Position numbers and translations under genes: made by a program
Notes under the pieces: generated by a model
Database searches by the model: none
Seen by the model: the letters and a program-made list of their open reading frames with translations, nothing else
Told to the model about the DNA's origin: nothing
Assembly (NCBI RefSeq): GCF_009914755.1
Contig: NC_060937.1
Source of the DNA: the human T2T-CHM13v2.0 reference genome, Homo sapiens
Reading direction: 5' to 3' (one strand)
Length of the DNA: 64,000 nt
Shown here: positions 30,720 to 43,921 of the stretch, one piece after another
How positions within the stretch are numbered: the first letter of the stretch is position 1
How the letters are laid out: every line of letters begins with the position of its first letter

Positions 30720-31160
30720 TGTTTCTCCGTGTCACGTGAAGTCCAAACTCCCTGCTCTCTTCGATTTTACCGTCTCTCCTGTCTGACCCCCCTCATATGC
30801 TCCACATGGCACCTACACTAGACCACTCACCGTTTCCTGCATATGCAATGCAACTCTCTGCATTCATTTTGTTCATTTCCTGCCTTCATTTTACAATTTA
30901 CCTCTCTCTAACTTTCTGTGCTTTGAATAAGGCTCTAACGAACTTCCAATCCCTTCTCATGCCTTCCCAGATAATCTTTTTTTTTTCTAATTTTAGTTCC
31001 AATAGCACTAGTGCACATTAAGTTTAGAATTTATTTTGTAATATTAGGCCAAGGCAGGGCTTTCATTCATCTTCCTATCTGCTGTGGCTAGCCTGGTCCG
31101 TAGTAACTGTTAATGAGCCTCAAATAGGTCTGTGAATAAGGCAATAAATGAATGGATAAT
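30720..31160 (+). mobile_element. L2 3' remnant
   Basis: Pyrimidine-rich body ending aataaatgaatgga. Confidence 0.55.
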
Positions 31161-31214
31161 CTTATTAAAATTTTTAATAAAAAGAAATTACTTTTGGCCA
31201 AATAGGTGTGGTAG

Positions 31215-31390
31215 GCACTTCAAATTGAGTACTTTTAAATGTCATGGCAATCTTGCGAAGTAGGTCTTATTATCCACCTTTTACAAATAAAGAAACTGAG
31301 ACTCAGAAAGATGAATGATTTTCCTGCAGCCACAGGGATAGTAAGTGGCAGAATTAGGAGTGGAAGCCAGGTCTGGTCCTGATTCAAAGT
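31215..31390 (-). mobile_element. MIR
   Basis: ttttacaaataaagaaactgagactcaga...agtaagtggcagaattagga. Confidence 0.8.
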
Positions 31391-31490
31391 GTACTGCAAG
31401 GGCAGCAAAGGAATCTTCATATGTGTCCAGGTAGAGTGGTTTTACAATCCATGCAAACTTCTATCACTGTGCTTATTACACAGCTTATAT

Positions 31491-32028
31491 TCTTTGTTTA
31501 TTATTTCACTTTAAGTTCTGGGACATATGTGCTGAACACGCAGGTTTGTTACATAGGTATACATGTGCCATGGTGGTTTGCTGCACCCATCAACCCATCA
31601 TCTAGCTTTTAAGCCCCGCATGCATTAGGTATTTGTCCTGATGCTCTCCCTCCCCTTTCAGGCCCCAGTGTGTGATATTCCCCTCCTTGTGTACATGTGT
31701 TCTCATTGTTCAGCTTGAACACTGCATGTTCACTTATGAGTGAGAGCATGCAGTGTTTGGTTTTCTGTTCCTGTATTAGTTTGCTGAGGATGATGATTTC
31801 CAGCTTCATCCACGTTCCTGCAAAGGACATGAGATCATTCTTTCTTATGGCTGCATAGTATTCCATAGTGTATATGTGCCACATTTTCTTTATCCAGTCT
31901 ATCATTGATGTGCGTTTGGGTTGGTTCCAAGTCTTGCTATTGTAAATAGTGCAGCAATAAACATACATGTGTGTGTGTCTTTATAGTAGAATGATTTATA
32001 ATCCTTTGGGTATATACCCAGTAATGGG
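31491..32028 (-). mobile_element. 5'-truncated L1PA (PA8-PA10-like) 3' end
   Basis: ORF2 C-terminus remnant (WIKKMWHIYTMEYYAAI) plus 3'UTR; perfect 13-bp TSD acacagcttatat (31478-31490 / 32029-32041). Confidence 0.96.
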
Positions 32029-32499
32029 ACACAGCTTATATGCTACAGTGAGATTTCATCATTGCCAACTCTCAACTTTTCTTCAAGACATTTCAGGTTT
32101 GCTTTCGGATGCAGGCACATGCACAGATAGCATGGTTACCTCTGTCTTCACATTGCCCTCAGCACATGTGCACCAAGACCTTCAAATCACCTCATTGTTT
32201 TTTCTATCTATTTCGTGTCTTGTGCCATCTTTCTTCATTATTAAAATAAAGTATGCTTTGAATGAAACCTGTCAAAATATTCCACAGAAACTTAGGACAC
32301 TGGGACAAAAATGCCTACTCATTCCTGAGCAAAGATTTATTTAAAGATGTTTCTAGGTTCTCAGTGAGGCAACATTTGTCAGTGGTAAGGAGAAAGCATG
32401 GTATTAGCTGGTGATGGTTGCTTGAGTTTTTCACAGGAATACACTAACAAGAAGATTATTTGATAAGTTCAGATGACCTAAAACAACGAGATTGCAGCA

Positions 32500-33080
32500 C
32501 CTATAAATGAGGTCTGCTTTCAGCATCTGTTCCTTTACTCAAGGTAGAGACCAGAAGTCATGGTGGACTTCTTTCTGTCCCTCAACCACCACATCCTCGC
32601 TCAGCAGGTCCTGCTGACATCACCTCCAGAATACCACTTGGATCTGGCATCTCCTATTCTCCCATCCAACACCACCTCTTACTCCCAACTATCATCATGT
32701 TGCACCTGGAGCAGTCCCGGCCTCCTAATTGGCCTAAACAATTCCACTCTGGACACCCTCCCTTCCATTCTCTACCTGGAAGTCACAGTCATTCTTTCAA
32801 ACTGCAAACCAGATTGTGTCACCACCTGTTTAAGCATCCAAAGGCTTTCCATCGATGTTGAATCCACACTCCTTATTTCATGTCCAAGGTCATCCAAGGT
32901 CAGGCTCTGCTGCCCCTGGACCTTGTCTCCTCTATATGTTCTGGCAGTGTCCACTGCACGCCCGCGCTGTGGTGTAAGAAGCCGGTGTTATTCCTACTGG
33001 CAGCAGAAGCAGCTCATCTTACACCTGCCTGCTTCACACGGTGGTTCACTTCATGACCCTCTCAGGCATCAGATTTTCTA
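32500..33080 (+). mobile_element. L2 remnant
   Basis: ggcctcctaattgg...ccattctctac...ttctttcaaactgcaaaccagattgtgtcac. Confidence 0.75.
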
Positions 33081-35279
33081 GCTCTGGTCAAGGTGGTTTT
33101 AAAAATCTGCCTGGATTCCGGCATTGGTAGCTTTCCTTTTGGCATTGGTGTGTTCTTCCCCCACCCTGCCCCTATGCTCTGAGAGCTTAGACAAAGATAT
33201 TTTAAGATCCCATACCTTGCATTGCTGGGTGTGCCGCCCTTAAGTCAGTTTAGAGCATGCCCCCACCCTGACACACAGGCTTTCCCCTCAATCCCCTTCC
33301 TGCTTCCAGACTGTGGCTGCCTGTGTATGGCCCTGATTACAGAACCCACCTGGAGATTTTGGCCTCCTAACTAGTAAGATTTCCTTGGCACTCACCTTCA
33401 GTTTCTAAATCTGATCTTCTCTAGAACTTCTAAACACTGGAGTCGACTCTCCTTAATCTCAAGATGCCACTACCTTTTTAAAGCTATTCAGCCTTTTTTT
33501 CTTAATGGTTTCTAAAATATTCTTAGATATACCTACTACTATGTATAAGAGCAAATTGATTTCAACTCCTAAAAGTTATTGTTATATTAGGTAAAGAGAT
33601 ATTATTCTCAATATTAACATAAAATTACGTTTTACAACATATGTGAAGGTGAAAGCTTTGATTAAAGCATGCTCTCTTTTGTTTCCTATGGATGAAATAA
33701 ATTTAACCTGTATTTATGTTGCTAAAGTGGTATTAAGTGTAAGTGATATTAAGGTAGCATTAGTTTTCAATCCCAAGCTAAGAAATTGATTTATACATAT
33801 TTTGTGAATTTTACCTAGATGTATATTAAAAAATGATGAAATCAATTTAAGTTAAAATAGTATGACTTAATTTCAAAATACATACACTAATATTACTGGA
33901 TTAATACATAATTAATGACTTATTTAAAAATAGAAAGTTTCTACTATCTTACTTTGGATTAAAGTAAAAAAAAATCCTTAAAATTTTAAAAAGTAATGAT
34001 AAATCACAAAGCCAGGTAATCTTCAAAAGCCTTCCAGAAATTTGAGAGAGTCTGAAAAATTCAGTAACAAATGCCTACAATCTAAAATAGTGGACTAATT
34101 TAGTTTAGTTCTATCTACATTTTGTTTAATCTCTTCTTCTAGTGAAACCTGACACAAAGCTCAGTGTGTCTGCCACAGGCGGCCCACAAAACACCTCATA
34201 CTTGCACGACATCTCCATGAAGATCTTCAGCTCGCCAGGGATAGTATCCCCTTAGGTGATTTATTCCAATATATTCGCAAGTTTGATCTCAGCTGTCACT
34301 CAAAAGGACCAAGAAGATTTCCAAAATTAAAAATTAGAACCCAATTAATCTCCAGCATAACGTCAACACGTTTCATATTTCCTTCAGTGAGCCAAGAAAT
34401 TTTGGAAGGTGACATCATGTCTGCAAAAATGTCACACCCGGGAGGAAAGGTTCTTTGACTCATTAGAGTATCCCTTTGAGGTGATACTGTGCAGAAAAAG
34501 TGCTGAAAATGTACAGTTGTCCAAAAAGGGATACGGTGGCTCACTTTTCTTCCATGATATACAGTATTTGAGATTCATTGCTCAAGAACTTACGATCTCA
34601 TGAAATCGTTCTGGTTTGGGGGACTTATGCCACATAGATTATAAAAACACTTATTTTCCTGTTTTCCAGGACATTATATCAAGAACAGTGAGAAAACAGA
34701 TTAATAACTGCAGAGAAATTAAATGTAGACAATGGTTATTATCATTATAGGAAAGACCATGGAATTCTTGGCTTATTGCAGTTATAGAGGGCTGAGCACA
34801 AATCAGTATCTCCTTTCATGCTAATTGTTCCTCTGAGGAGGCTGATGAAATCATCATTTCTTACATGCAGTTAAAAAGGCAGCTTCTTGAATCCCAATAA
34901 AATGTTATATTATATTGTGATTCATTTAAAAATTTATCAGTTTTTGGTTGAAAAATATTAGTTTATTAAAATGATATTAAACAGCATAAATATTTTGTTA
35001 AAGACCTTGCTTCATGTTCATCTTCTTGCAAAAACAAACATGAAATAAAGACAAGTTAATATAGGAAATCTTTTCTTTCTCTTAAAACCAGTTCTCTGTT
35101 ACAGGAATATGCCCAAAAATCATGTCCCAATCACAAAATCCATCTCATTCTTTCAAGAAAACAAATATGCTTTGAAAAATACCATGTGTTCGTATTTTAA
35201 AAGCTTAAATAATTCATAAAATATACATTATGTGTTCCTCCCTTAGTTATCTCATTCTTTTACTGAGGCTTGTTTGTAG

Positions 35280-36190
35280 ATCACTCCCAAATTTGGATAT
35301 ACAGATGCCCAAACCACTTTCTAAAATTTGGTCCACCTTCCCAGCCACCTGGTGACATGTAAGCCCACCTGCCATGCCCACACCCCGTCTCAGCATGGTC
35401 ACAGGGAAACTCAACATCTTCTCCAAACCTGCTTTTCTCTTTGAAGTTCCTATCACATCTTTTTTCCTAAACTCAGGCTGAACATCTAGTCAACTTGGAT
35501 TGTGATTTCCTGGTATCTCTTATTCATCTTCTCCTTGTCTGCATACCACTTTCTTGTTTCAGGCCCTTGGTGCATGCTATCTTTTGGCTCAATGATGAGA
35601 GTGTTCCCTAGACTCTCACTAACATCATTCTTTTCCTACTGTAATCAATCCTACCCATCTCTTCCAGGTCATCTTCAAATAATGGAGTCTCTGTCCATTT
35701 ACCTGCATCAGCATTCACTGGCTCACCCATGTGCTGACACATGGCCCAAGTTCATTACCACAGCCCTTCAGGCTGTGTAGACTGTGGACTGTTTCCCATG
35801 ACTTCCCTTCATGGAGTGGAAGACACAATTTCTTACATTGTTTTCCTTCCACGGCTGGTTCAAAGCCCTTCCTCCTCACCTGTATATTCACAGTCTGTGC
35901 TCCCTCCAAGCCCCTCTTGAAGCCAGCTTTTCCGCTAACCTTCCAGTCTTCGCAACTCCCTTTTCAGAACTGAAATATCAACTAAATGGTGCCACCTCTG
36001 TCAGTTAACACTTCCCATCATGTGCAGTAGTCATTTCTGCATTTATCATATCATATCATATCAATCATATCATATGATATCATCTCCTTTAGTTCTCCCC
36101 AACCAGAAACTAAACTTCTCGAAAGACAGCATCTTATCATGTATTATTCCCATTTATCTTGAGAACTAAAATAAAGTGCTTAATAAATTG
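35280..36190 (+). mobile_element. L2 remnant with internal (ATATC)n at 36043-36083
   Basis: aaactcaacatcttctccaaacctgct...aagtgcttaataaat. Confidence 0.6.
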
Positions 36191-36719
36191 CAGATTGTTT
36201 GCATTTTGCATATTATGGATACTGCATTTTTTTTACTTTTAGCTATAATAAAGAATTATAAATTAAATATTGTTTTATATAGAGGAAGTTGATTCTTCAA
36301 AGTTTGTCTTGTCAGAAATAGTCAACTGAAATAAAGACACCTGTAGTGCCTTAACTGTTCCAGTTCAGCTGTGATAACTAGGAAACCCACTGATAATTTC
36401 ACGTAAAACTCAGGGCATTTGGTCTTCACTTGTACTTATCATGCAAGAATACTAAGTATTTTACAGAGCATGACCTTAAAATTATGAGATTGATCTCACA
36501 AGTCAAATGAGAAAACTGAAATCTTATGCAACGGATAAACGATATATCAAAAGATAGCAAAACACAACCACGTGACTAAGGGCATTATGTGAAGAATTAA
36601 AATACATTGGCTAGAAACAGCCATATGTGAAGGAAATGAGATACTAATATATCAATATATGAGTTCAGACACATCATGTAATAATAGAATTGAAGTAGAT
36701 TCTAACAATCAATATCAAT

Positions 36720-37095
36720 CATTCTCTCAGTTTAGAGACTGTTTCCCAAAAACCTGAGGAGTCATCATCTAACCCCTTATGGAATATTTTTTATGATAAA
36801 GAGCTAGCAACCTTTAGAGCAGCACTTTTTGATACTTCTATAATTCAAACAGTTGTAAATGTCATAATTACATACTTGAAAACTGATCAAACTTTTGTCT
36901 CTGGTCCCATATCTTTAGAGAAAAGTGCACTTCCACTAAAATACCTTCACAACAATCAAGACAGTGATTATATTTATCCAAATTATTGCTTAGCCAAGAC
37001 ACGCCCTCCCTTCTCCAGTGTTATTAGATGACGCCCACCAGCATCCTAGTCATGGCTCCCTAACATACACTCGATTTTGTTCATTCATTTAGCAC
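36720..37095 (-). mobile_element. Possible L3/CR1 3' remnant
   Basis: gtcatcatctaacccc...ccaccagcatcctagtcatggctcc resembles a reverse CR1/L3 end; very diverged. Confidence 0.4.
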
Positions 37096-39159
37096 ACATT
37101 TCTGAGGGGTTTAAATATGCAAGCATTGAGCTCTAACCTGAAGGGGAGACAAAGATGGACAAGGTAATTTACTTGCAAAGTAATCTTCTTTATTTCTGTG
37201 TCACGATTCCATGATATTTGCACTGGGAATCTTGGATCGTTTGTTTTTGTCTGGACAATTGCAGGTATGACAGCCAATTTTGAATTATGCAGGTTTGAGA
37301 ATTTCTCCAAAAATGTGCCATTGGCCAAAAGTTCCAAGAAAAACTAATATTCCATATAAAATCCCAGTGAACATTTTAAGCATGTCCTATATATTTAAAC
37401 AAAGAATACATTGCTTGGTATGTGTGTGTGGCCTGGACGGAAAGTAAATACACAGAGGCTATCTTTTAATATCACATATGATAAGGTCAAAAGAAATGTG
37501 CCATGTGTTCCTTCCTGATTTTGATTTGACCACCTGTACTGTGAGAGTGAGTCCAACAGTTGGCAAAAAGAGTCCATTTGAGCATAAGAAAACATCCAAG
37601 TGTGGCTAGGTTTTGCAGAGGAAGGGACGTTTTCCAAGGATCACATAATATGATATGTGTACCCACTCTTGGGGATGGAAACCAGTTATATATTCTGGCT
37701 TTTACTATTTTCTTAAGCCAAAGCAGAGATGTGATGAGTCCAACTCATAAAAATTCAGGAGAACATATATATATATATATTTCTTAACAGATGGGGGAGC
37801 CTGCTATTTCAAACAGCTGAATTAGAGCAACTTGGAGTGTAAACCCACCTCTCTGACCACCTCTCTGTGGCCAATCGCATAAATGGTTTTAATTACCCCT
37901 GAGTAAATGGAAACTATAGAATAATTATTTGCATGTTATCACAGTGTTCGCTGCTACTACCAGCTTCCCCCACGCAAAGTATGTAACAAGTAAGGTTTTG
38001 CACTTTAAACTTTCACTGGCCTGATTGCCCTGTCCTCAAAAGATCCAATCTGAATGCTGTTCTCAATTTCCCTGCCACACTCGACACCAGGTAAGCATTC
38101 TTTACTCATTCCCAGCCCTTCTCCCTCCTACAACATAGCAAGGAGTGATCTGATAAACTCACAGAGTGGTATTAATGATTTACGATCCCTCCCAGCAGCG
38201 TTTGCATTTTTATAGGGGTCAAATGTTTAAAACGTTCATCTCTTGTGGTGGTGGTGGAATTTCAGGCATGATTGGCAGCATGGACCTGAGGACTGTAGTC
38301 TCAGCCCCTTCAAGTCTTGCCCCATAGACAGCTCTCTAGTTTGCCTGCAAGTAAGGACAGCTCTGAACATTATTGTTCTGTGTGATTCATAAGATGAAAA
38401 CAGTTATTTTAGGTGCTTGGGTTATAAGGATGGGAGAACAGATAAATACGTTCAATTGCTCCATAGTGTCTGTATCACTAAAACGCCCCATCTCCTCCCT
38501 CTCCTTCCTCCCACAAAAGTGCGGGGCATTCTTTGCTGACAGTGAAAGTTTCTAAACAGCCGGATCGTCAGCGCAGTTGCCTCCGTATTTTTTAAGGACT
38601 CCACAGATAAACTTGATGCACAGAAAGACTGAGAACCACCCTGCTGGGGAGTTCACATTTTCCTCCTGTTACAGTTCTTGGTAGACTTTGGGTGGCTGAA
38701 TTTGATCTGTGAATGAGGTTCTCCAAGAGCCAAATACCCTGGTTGAACTCATAACTCCATGAGCAGAAAGCAATCCCTGACGGACTCACCGGACAGTGTC
38801 CTGGCCATCATTATTATAACCAACCTGGGCTGAATCATTCTGACTTTTAAAAACCACAGTACTTATGGAAGAGAGACACCGATAGCTGGTCTTCTGACAC
38901 AAGCAGCTAAGAGTAAACGTCACTTAAGAGGATGTGCTATCATTTTAAACATTTAAAATAAAGCTGATAACAGGAAAAAGATAACAGAAACAAATGAAAT
39001 TAATATGATCTCAATACATAAACTAAGTCACATATTAGCACAAGCAAGATACCCATTCAACACATAAAATATTAACTTCTGGAGAGCAAGGCTGCCAGGG
39101 TTTGTGTTGCCCCTGGCTATGTAAGAGGAGGCTTTCTTCCCAGTTCCTTCCCCTTCTCC

Positions 39160-40050
39160 CTTACAGTCTGTTCTCCAAATGGAAGCCAAAATGATACTTC
39201 TTTTTTTTTTTAATTTTATTATTATTATACTTTAAATTTTAGGGTACATGTGCACAATGTGCAGGTTAGTTACATATGTATACATGTGCCATGCGGGTGT
39301 GCTGCACCCACTAACTCATCATTTAGCATTAGGTATATCTCCTAAAGCTATCCCTCCACCGTCCCCGCCACCCCACAACAGTCCCCAGAGTGTGATGTTC
39401 CCCTTCCTGTGTCCATGTGTTCTCATTGTTCAATTCCCACCTATGAGTGAGAATATGCGGTGTTTGGTTTTTTGTTCTTGCAATAGATACTTCTAATATG
39501 GAACTAGATTATGGCTTAATTTTGCTCAAAGCTTCCAATGGCTCCTTATTGTTCTTAGACTAAATATTGAGCCTTCACAACGTCCTGGAAGGCCCTACTT
39601 GATCTGGCCCAGCTATCTCTTTAGTTTCATCTCCTGCCTCTCTCCCTAGAGTGTAGGGGCCCGGCACCTGGACTTCCATGCTGCTCCGGAACAAATCACT
39701 CTTTCTCTTGCCTCAGGGCCCTTGCATTTCCTGTTTATTCTTCCTCAGCTTTAAGGCTTAATCTAATCAGCCATTAGATTTAGTCTTCTATTCAAATGTG
39801 ACGTCATCACAGGGCTTTTCTTGACCAGTCTAGTTGAAACAGCACTCCCTGCTTCTCACTCTGATTTATTTTTCTTCTTAGCACTTAAGTCTGGCAAACA
39901 TCGGTTGTGTATCTTCTATTTCTCTCCCAGAAGAATTTGAGAGCAGGAACCATGACTCTTGTTCACTTGCTTTATCTTTAAGGCACATAACAATGTCCAA
40001 CACATAGTTGGTGTTCCACAATAGTTATTAATAAAACAATGAATAAAATG
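39160..40050 (+). mobile_element. L2 (L2a-like) 3' portion, interrupted by L1PA
   Basis: ctcaaagcttccaatggctcc, gcctcagggcccttgca, ends aatgaataaa. Confidence 0.8.
39202..39485 (-). mobile_element. 5'-truncated young L1PA (PA2/PA3-like) 3'UTR
   Basis: ttttagggtacatgtgcacaatgtgcaggttagttac...gagaatatgcggtgtttgg; TSD gatacttct (39193-39201 / 39486-39494). Confidence 0.96.
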
Positions 40051-42543
40051 ACCATGATCTTATGCCTGACTGATGCATAATTTCATTTTTAACCCTTACA
40101 ATGATTTTGTGAGTAGGTGTCGTTAACCCCAAACTCAGAAAGGTTAAGAAATTTGCCGGAAGTAATAAACAAATAGTGGAACAATAATAAAAATGTCAGC
40201 TTGCCAGTCCCCAGAGTCCAGAGCCTGGTTCACCACACTCTGCTGACTAACACAGAGAAAAGAAAAATCACAAGACATTTATGCAAATGCAAACATATCG
40301 GTAAAAGATCCTTCTGTTTATTATGTATATGAACCTCCAAAGGAAGACTGAAAGCTATTTGAAATTGTAGGGTTTCTCAGAACCTTCTGTAGAATCTTGG
40401 GTCTAAACTGGTTTATAGCTTTCCAAGGAAAAGAAAGTTTGCTTGCAATCAGGGAGGCTGAAGAGCCCACTTTGTTTTCAGAAGGGAAAGAATAAAACAA
40501 GAATAAAACAGAAAGAAAAAGACAGAATAAAAGGAAGGAAAAAAAAAAATACTTCCCCTACCAGATGCACTGAAACAGAACTGTCAAACGTAGCAAAATC
40601 TTGTAAAATGTTCCTCTGCTGTAGGCCATAGAATAGAACTGTAATAAACTCTGACCCATAAAAAGTCATGTCAACATTATAACCTGTTTTTACTAGCCCT
40701 TTAAGCACGGGGAGCAATTGATCTAAAACAGCTTGGCTCTCTTCGGTTCCCAAGTCTCCATGAGAACCCCGCCTCCAACATGGGTGTTCAAATGCCTCTG
40801 GCACCGAAAGCCAAAAATAGGAGCTAGAAAATTGCAGCTATTTAGCTATTTGCCCTGGGCAGATGTTCGATATTTCCAAGAGCAAAACAGCCAAAAGGAA
40901 AACTCCCGAGGAAAAGTACCTTTGCAATACCTGTTGCCATGGAATTATTTAATCTACATCCTGTGTCCATAAGCAAAACACATATCCATGTCATCCTCAG
41001 CTGCTGATTTTAGATGTCCCTAGAAATCACACTAAGAAAGTTTTTTAATGCAGTGAAAGTAGTCGTATCAATGCCTCAGGACAGATGAGGTCTGACTGTC
41101 TCCCTACAGCTAAAATGCTTTACCATATGAAATATAAATGTGGAAAAATTCAAGTAAGATTTTTACAGGTGTCAACATGAACACTCATTCTACTACGTAT
41201 TTGTGGAATGCTAGCTAAGCCTGCCTTGCAAATATCTTTTTCTTCTACATTCCTAGAATCTACAGGGAGAGCTAGGGGAAATTAGGCAGGAAGCCCAGCA
41301 GTGCCTCAGCAGATTGTAAATTGTGACATCTTTCTGATCTTGTTTTTGATCATCCTTCTGAGGGACTGAGTGTCTGAATTCGTCTCAGCTCAAAGGCGCG
41401 TGGTCTTGGCTAAGAGCAAATGGGGACATTCGTTAATTAAAGGCTCGCTGAGGTGGACATATGCTCACGGTGGCTGAATGGTCTCACGATGCATCTATCA
41501 CTGCCCATTTCCGCGATGGCCTCGTGGGCCGTCACTCTGTAGCTTCACATTGTGGATGGATTGACTGACACAGTTCAGCAGTTCAGTGCAGTTCCGCAAA
41601 CACACTTTTCCTATCTGCCTGTAAAGAGCCAAGGGCTTTGCTAGATGTGGATGAGTGATGCAAGCCCAACTCTCAAGGAACTTAAAAAAACTTAGGAGTG
41701 TCCCAGGTGAGGACTGGAACCTGATGCTGATTCAGACACTCTGGGAGTACTGGACAAAGGCGGTGTCTCATATTCTCGACATTTGATACCAGAATCAGAG
41801 ATGTCAAAAGTGCTTGCTAAGTAGTCACAGTAAATTGTTACTAAGTGAAAAAAGAGAAATTAGAAATGAGTTTTTTCTTATTCTAACTTATGAATTGTGA
41901 GAATTTTCTAAAATCCTGAGAAAAGCATCAAAGCTTTTGTCTAATACATCTGTTTTACATAAATACATGTATGAATAAATTTCTTAATTGGGACAGTAAC
42001 TTTCCCTAAGGAAGCTTTATATTTCAGATTTTAAAAAGTGTGGAAACCTGAATGTGTCTCTATTTTTTTTTTTAAGCACACTGACAATTTAGCAACTTAC
42101 TGGATTTGAAGGGGGAAAGTATTTCTTTCCACCTTCCGGAATCCCACAAGCACTCCCTGGGGGCTTAACCAGAAACAGAAAGAAAAATTATGTCTTGCGT
42201 ATAAATAATGTCTAAAGATTACTCAAATAGACCAATGCATTTTATCTTCAAAATAACCCTGGAAAATTAGCTGATTAATGTATCATCTTCATTTTTTAGA
42301 TATGCAAAACTGAAGAAAAGTTATTTTTACCAAAATTGCATATACAGGCAGGTCCTCAAACTCTTAATGTTCTTTTTAATATGGCAAATTTGATTGTAGA
42401 CACTCCTGGTCCCTCATTTCTGGTCCTGCCTACCCACCTCTTTTCTGACCATTCTTCTTGAACAAAAGCAAGTGAAGCGAAGGTGGCACCTTCTCAGAGA
42501 GGAGAGCTTCCTCCTGGAACTCCACCACTTAAAGCACAGCCTG

Positions 42544-42874
<331 letters not shown>

Positions 42875-43009
42875 CTAGCTAACTGTAATGGGAATCATTA
42901 CTTCTATTTTCTCAAAATTAAGAAATTGTAATATATTTGTCATTGCATTTGCATTTTGATGACAGCTCAAAGAATTTGGAGAGTTAATAATTAAAATCAA
43001 AGAAAAATA

Positions 43010-43230
43010 ATTAGCTGTCATACACTGAGAGTTTCCTCTGTACTAGGCACAAATAAAAATGCTTCTCCTGAACCTCATTGAAACTTCACAACACACATAT
43101 GAAATAGGTAACACAATTATTCCCGTTCTATAGCGGTGGGAACTGAGGCACACAGAGGTTAAGTAACTTGTCTGGAGCCACACAGCCAAAAAGTGGTGAG
43201 AAGAGCAGACTCTATGCTCCAGTTCTTAAT
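43010..43230 (-). mobile_element. MIR
   Basis: gaactgaggcacacagaggttaagtaacttgtc matches the reverse MIR core. Confidence 0.85.
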
Positions 43231-43921
43231 CTCTATACTGTCCCGAAAGCACCATGTGCAAAGAGCATAGACTAGTAATCGTCAGACATATATCAATATA
43301 TTAATTTTGACAAATAGGTTGAGACTGAGCCTAAGAACATTTAGGATTAAATAAATGCATGAGGCCTTTTTTCTCTTCCATGGGAAAAAAGAAATGTGTC
43401 AGGGAATCTGGGAGCAGAGACGTTCTCTATGCAAACTGAGTTCCATATAAGTTGGAAATGAGAAGGGGAGAACTACAGGAGGCTGAGGATGAAAAGAAAG
43501 CAGGGACGGGAGAGAGAAGTGGGAGGAGAGAGAAGCCCTGGATTCCATGGCAAGACCCCCTTGCCATGTTAACAGACTCCCTGTTAACAACACTCACCCT
43601 GCAATTGCAAGGAAAATGTTCATTAAATAATGGGTCCAAAACAGAACGTGGGTGCAGCACCCAGCCCATTGACTGCCACCTGTCTGGGTGGAAGCCCTGG
43701 GGAAGAAGAGTTGAACCCAGCAGGTACTTCTCTCCCTCTTTCAGGGTTACTCTTCCTAGCACAGAAAAACAGTGCTTCTCAGTACTTACTCAAGCCCACT
43801 CTACGTATAGAACCATTAAAATTTGCTAAAGAAGGATAGTACTTCCATCCTCCCACTGGGCATGACTTAAATTCTTAGGAAAAGAGAAATATATCATCAT
43901 CCCTATCAAACAGAAAGAAGT

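Noticed and set aside
31091-31115. gcctggtccgtagt resembling a Y RNA 5' end
   Set aside because: Similarity stops after ~10 nt; no complementary 3' stem; lies in an L2 tail.
31609-31968. ORF with L1 ORF2 C-terminal similarity
   Set aside because: Part of a 540-bp truncated L1 and not an expressible gene.
32560-33081. Longest ORF (173 aa)
   Set aside because: Lies in a decayed L2; no recognisable domain or splice context.
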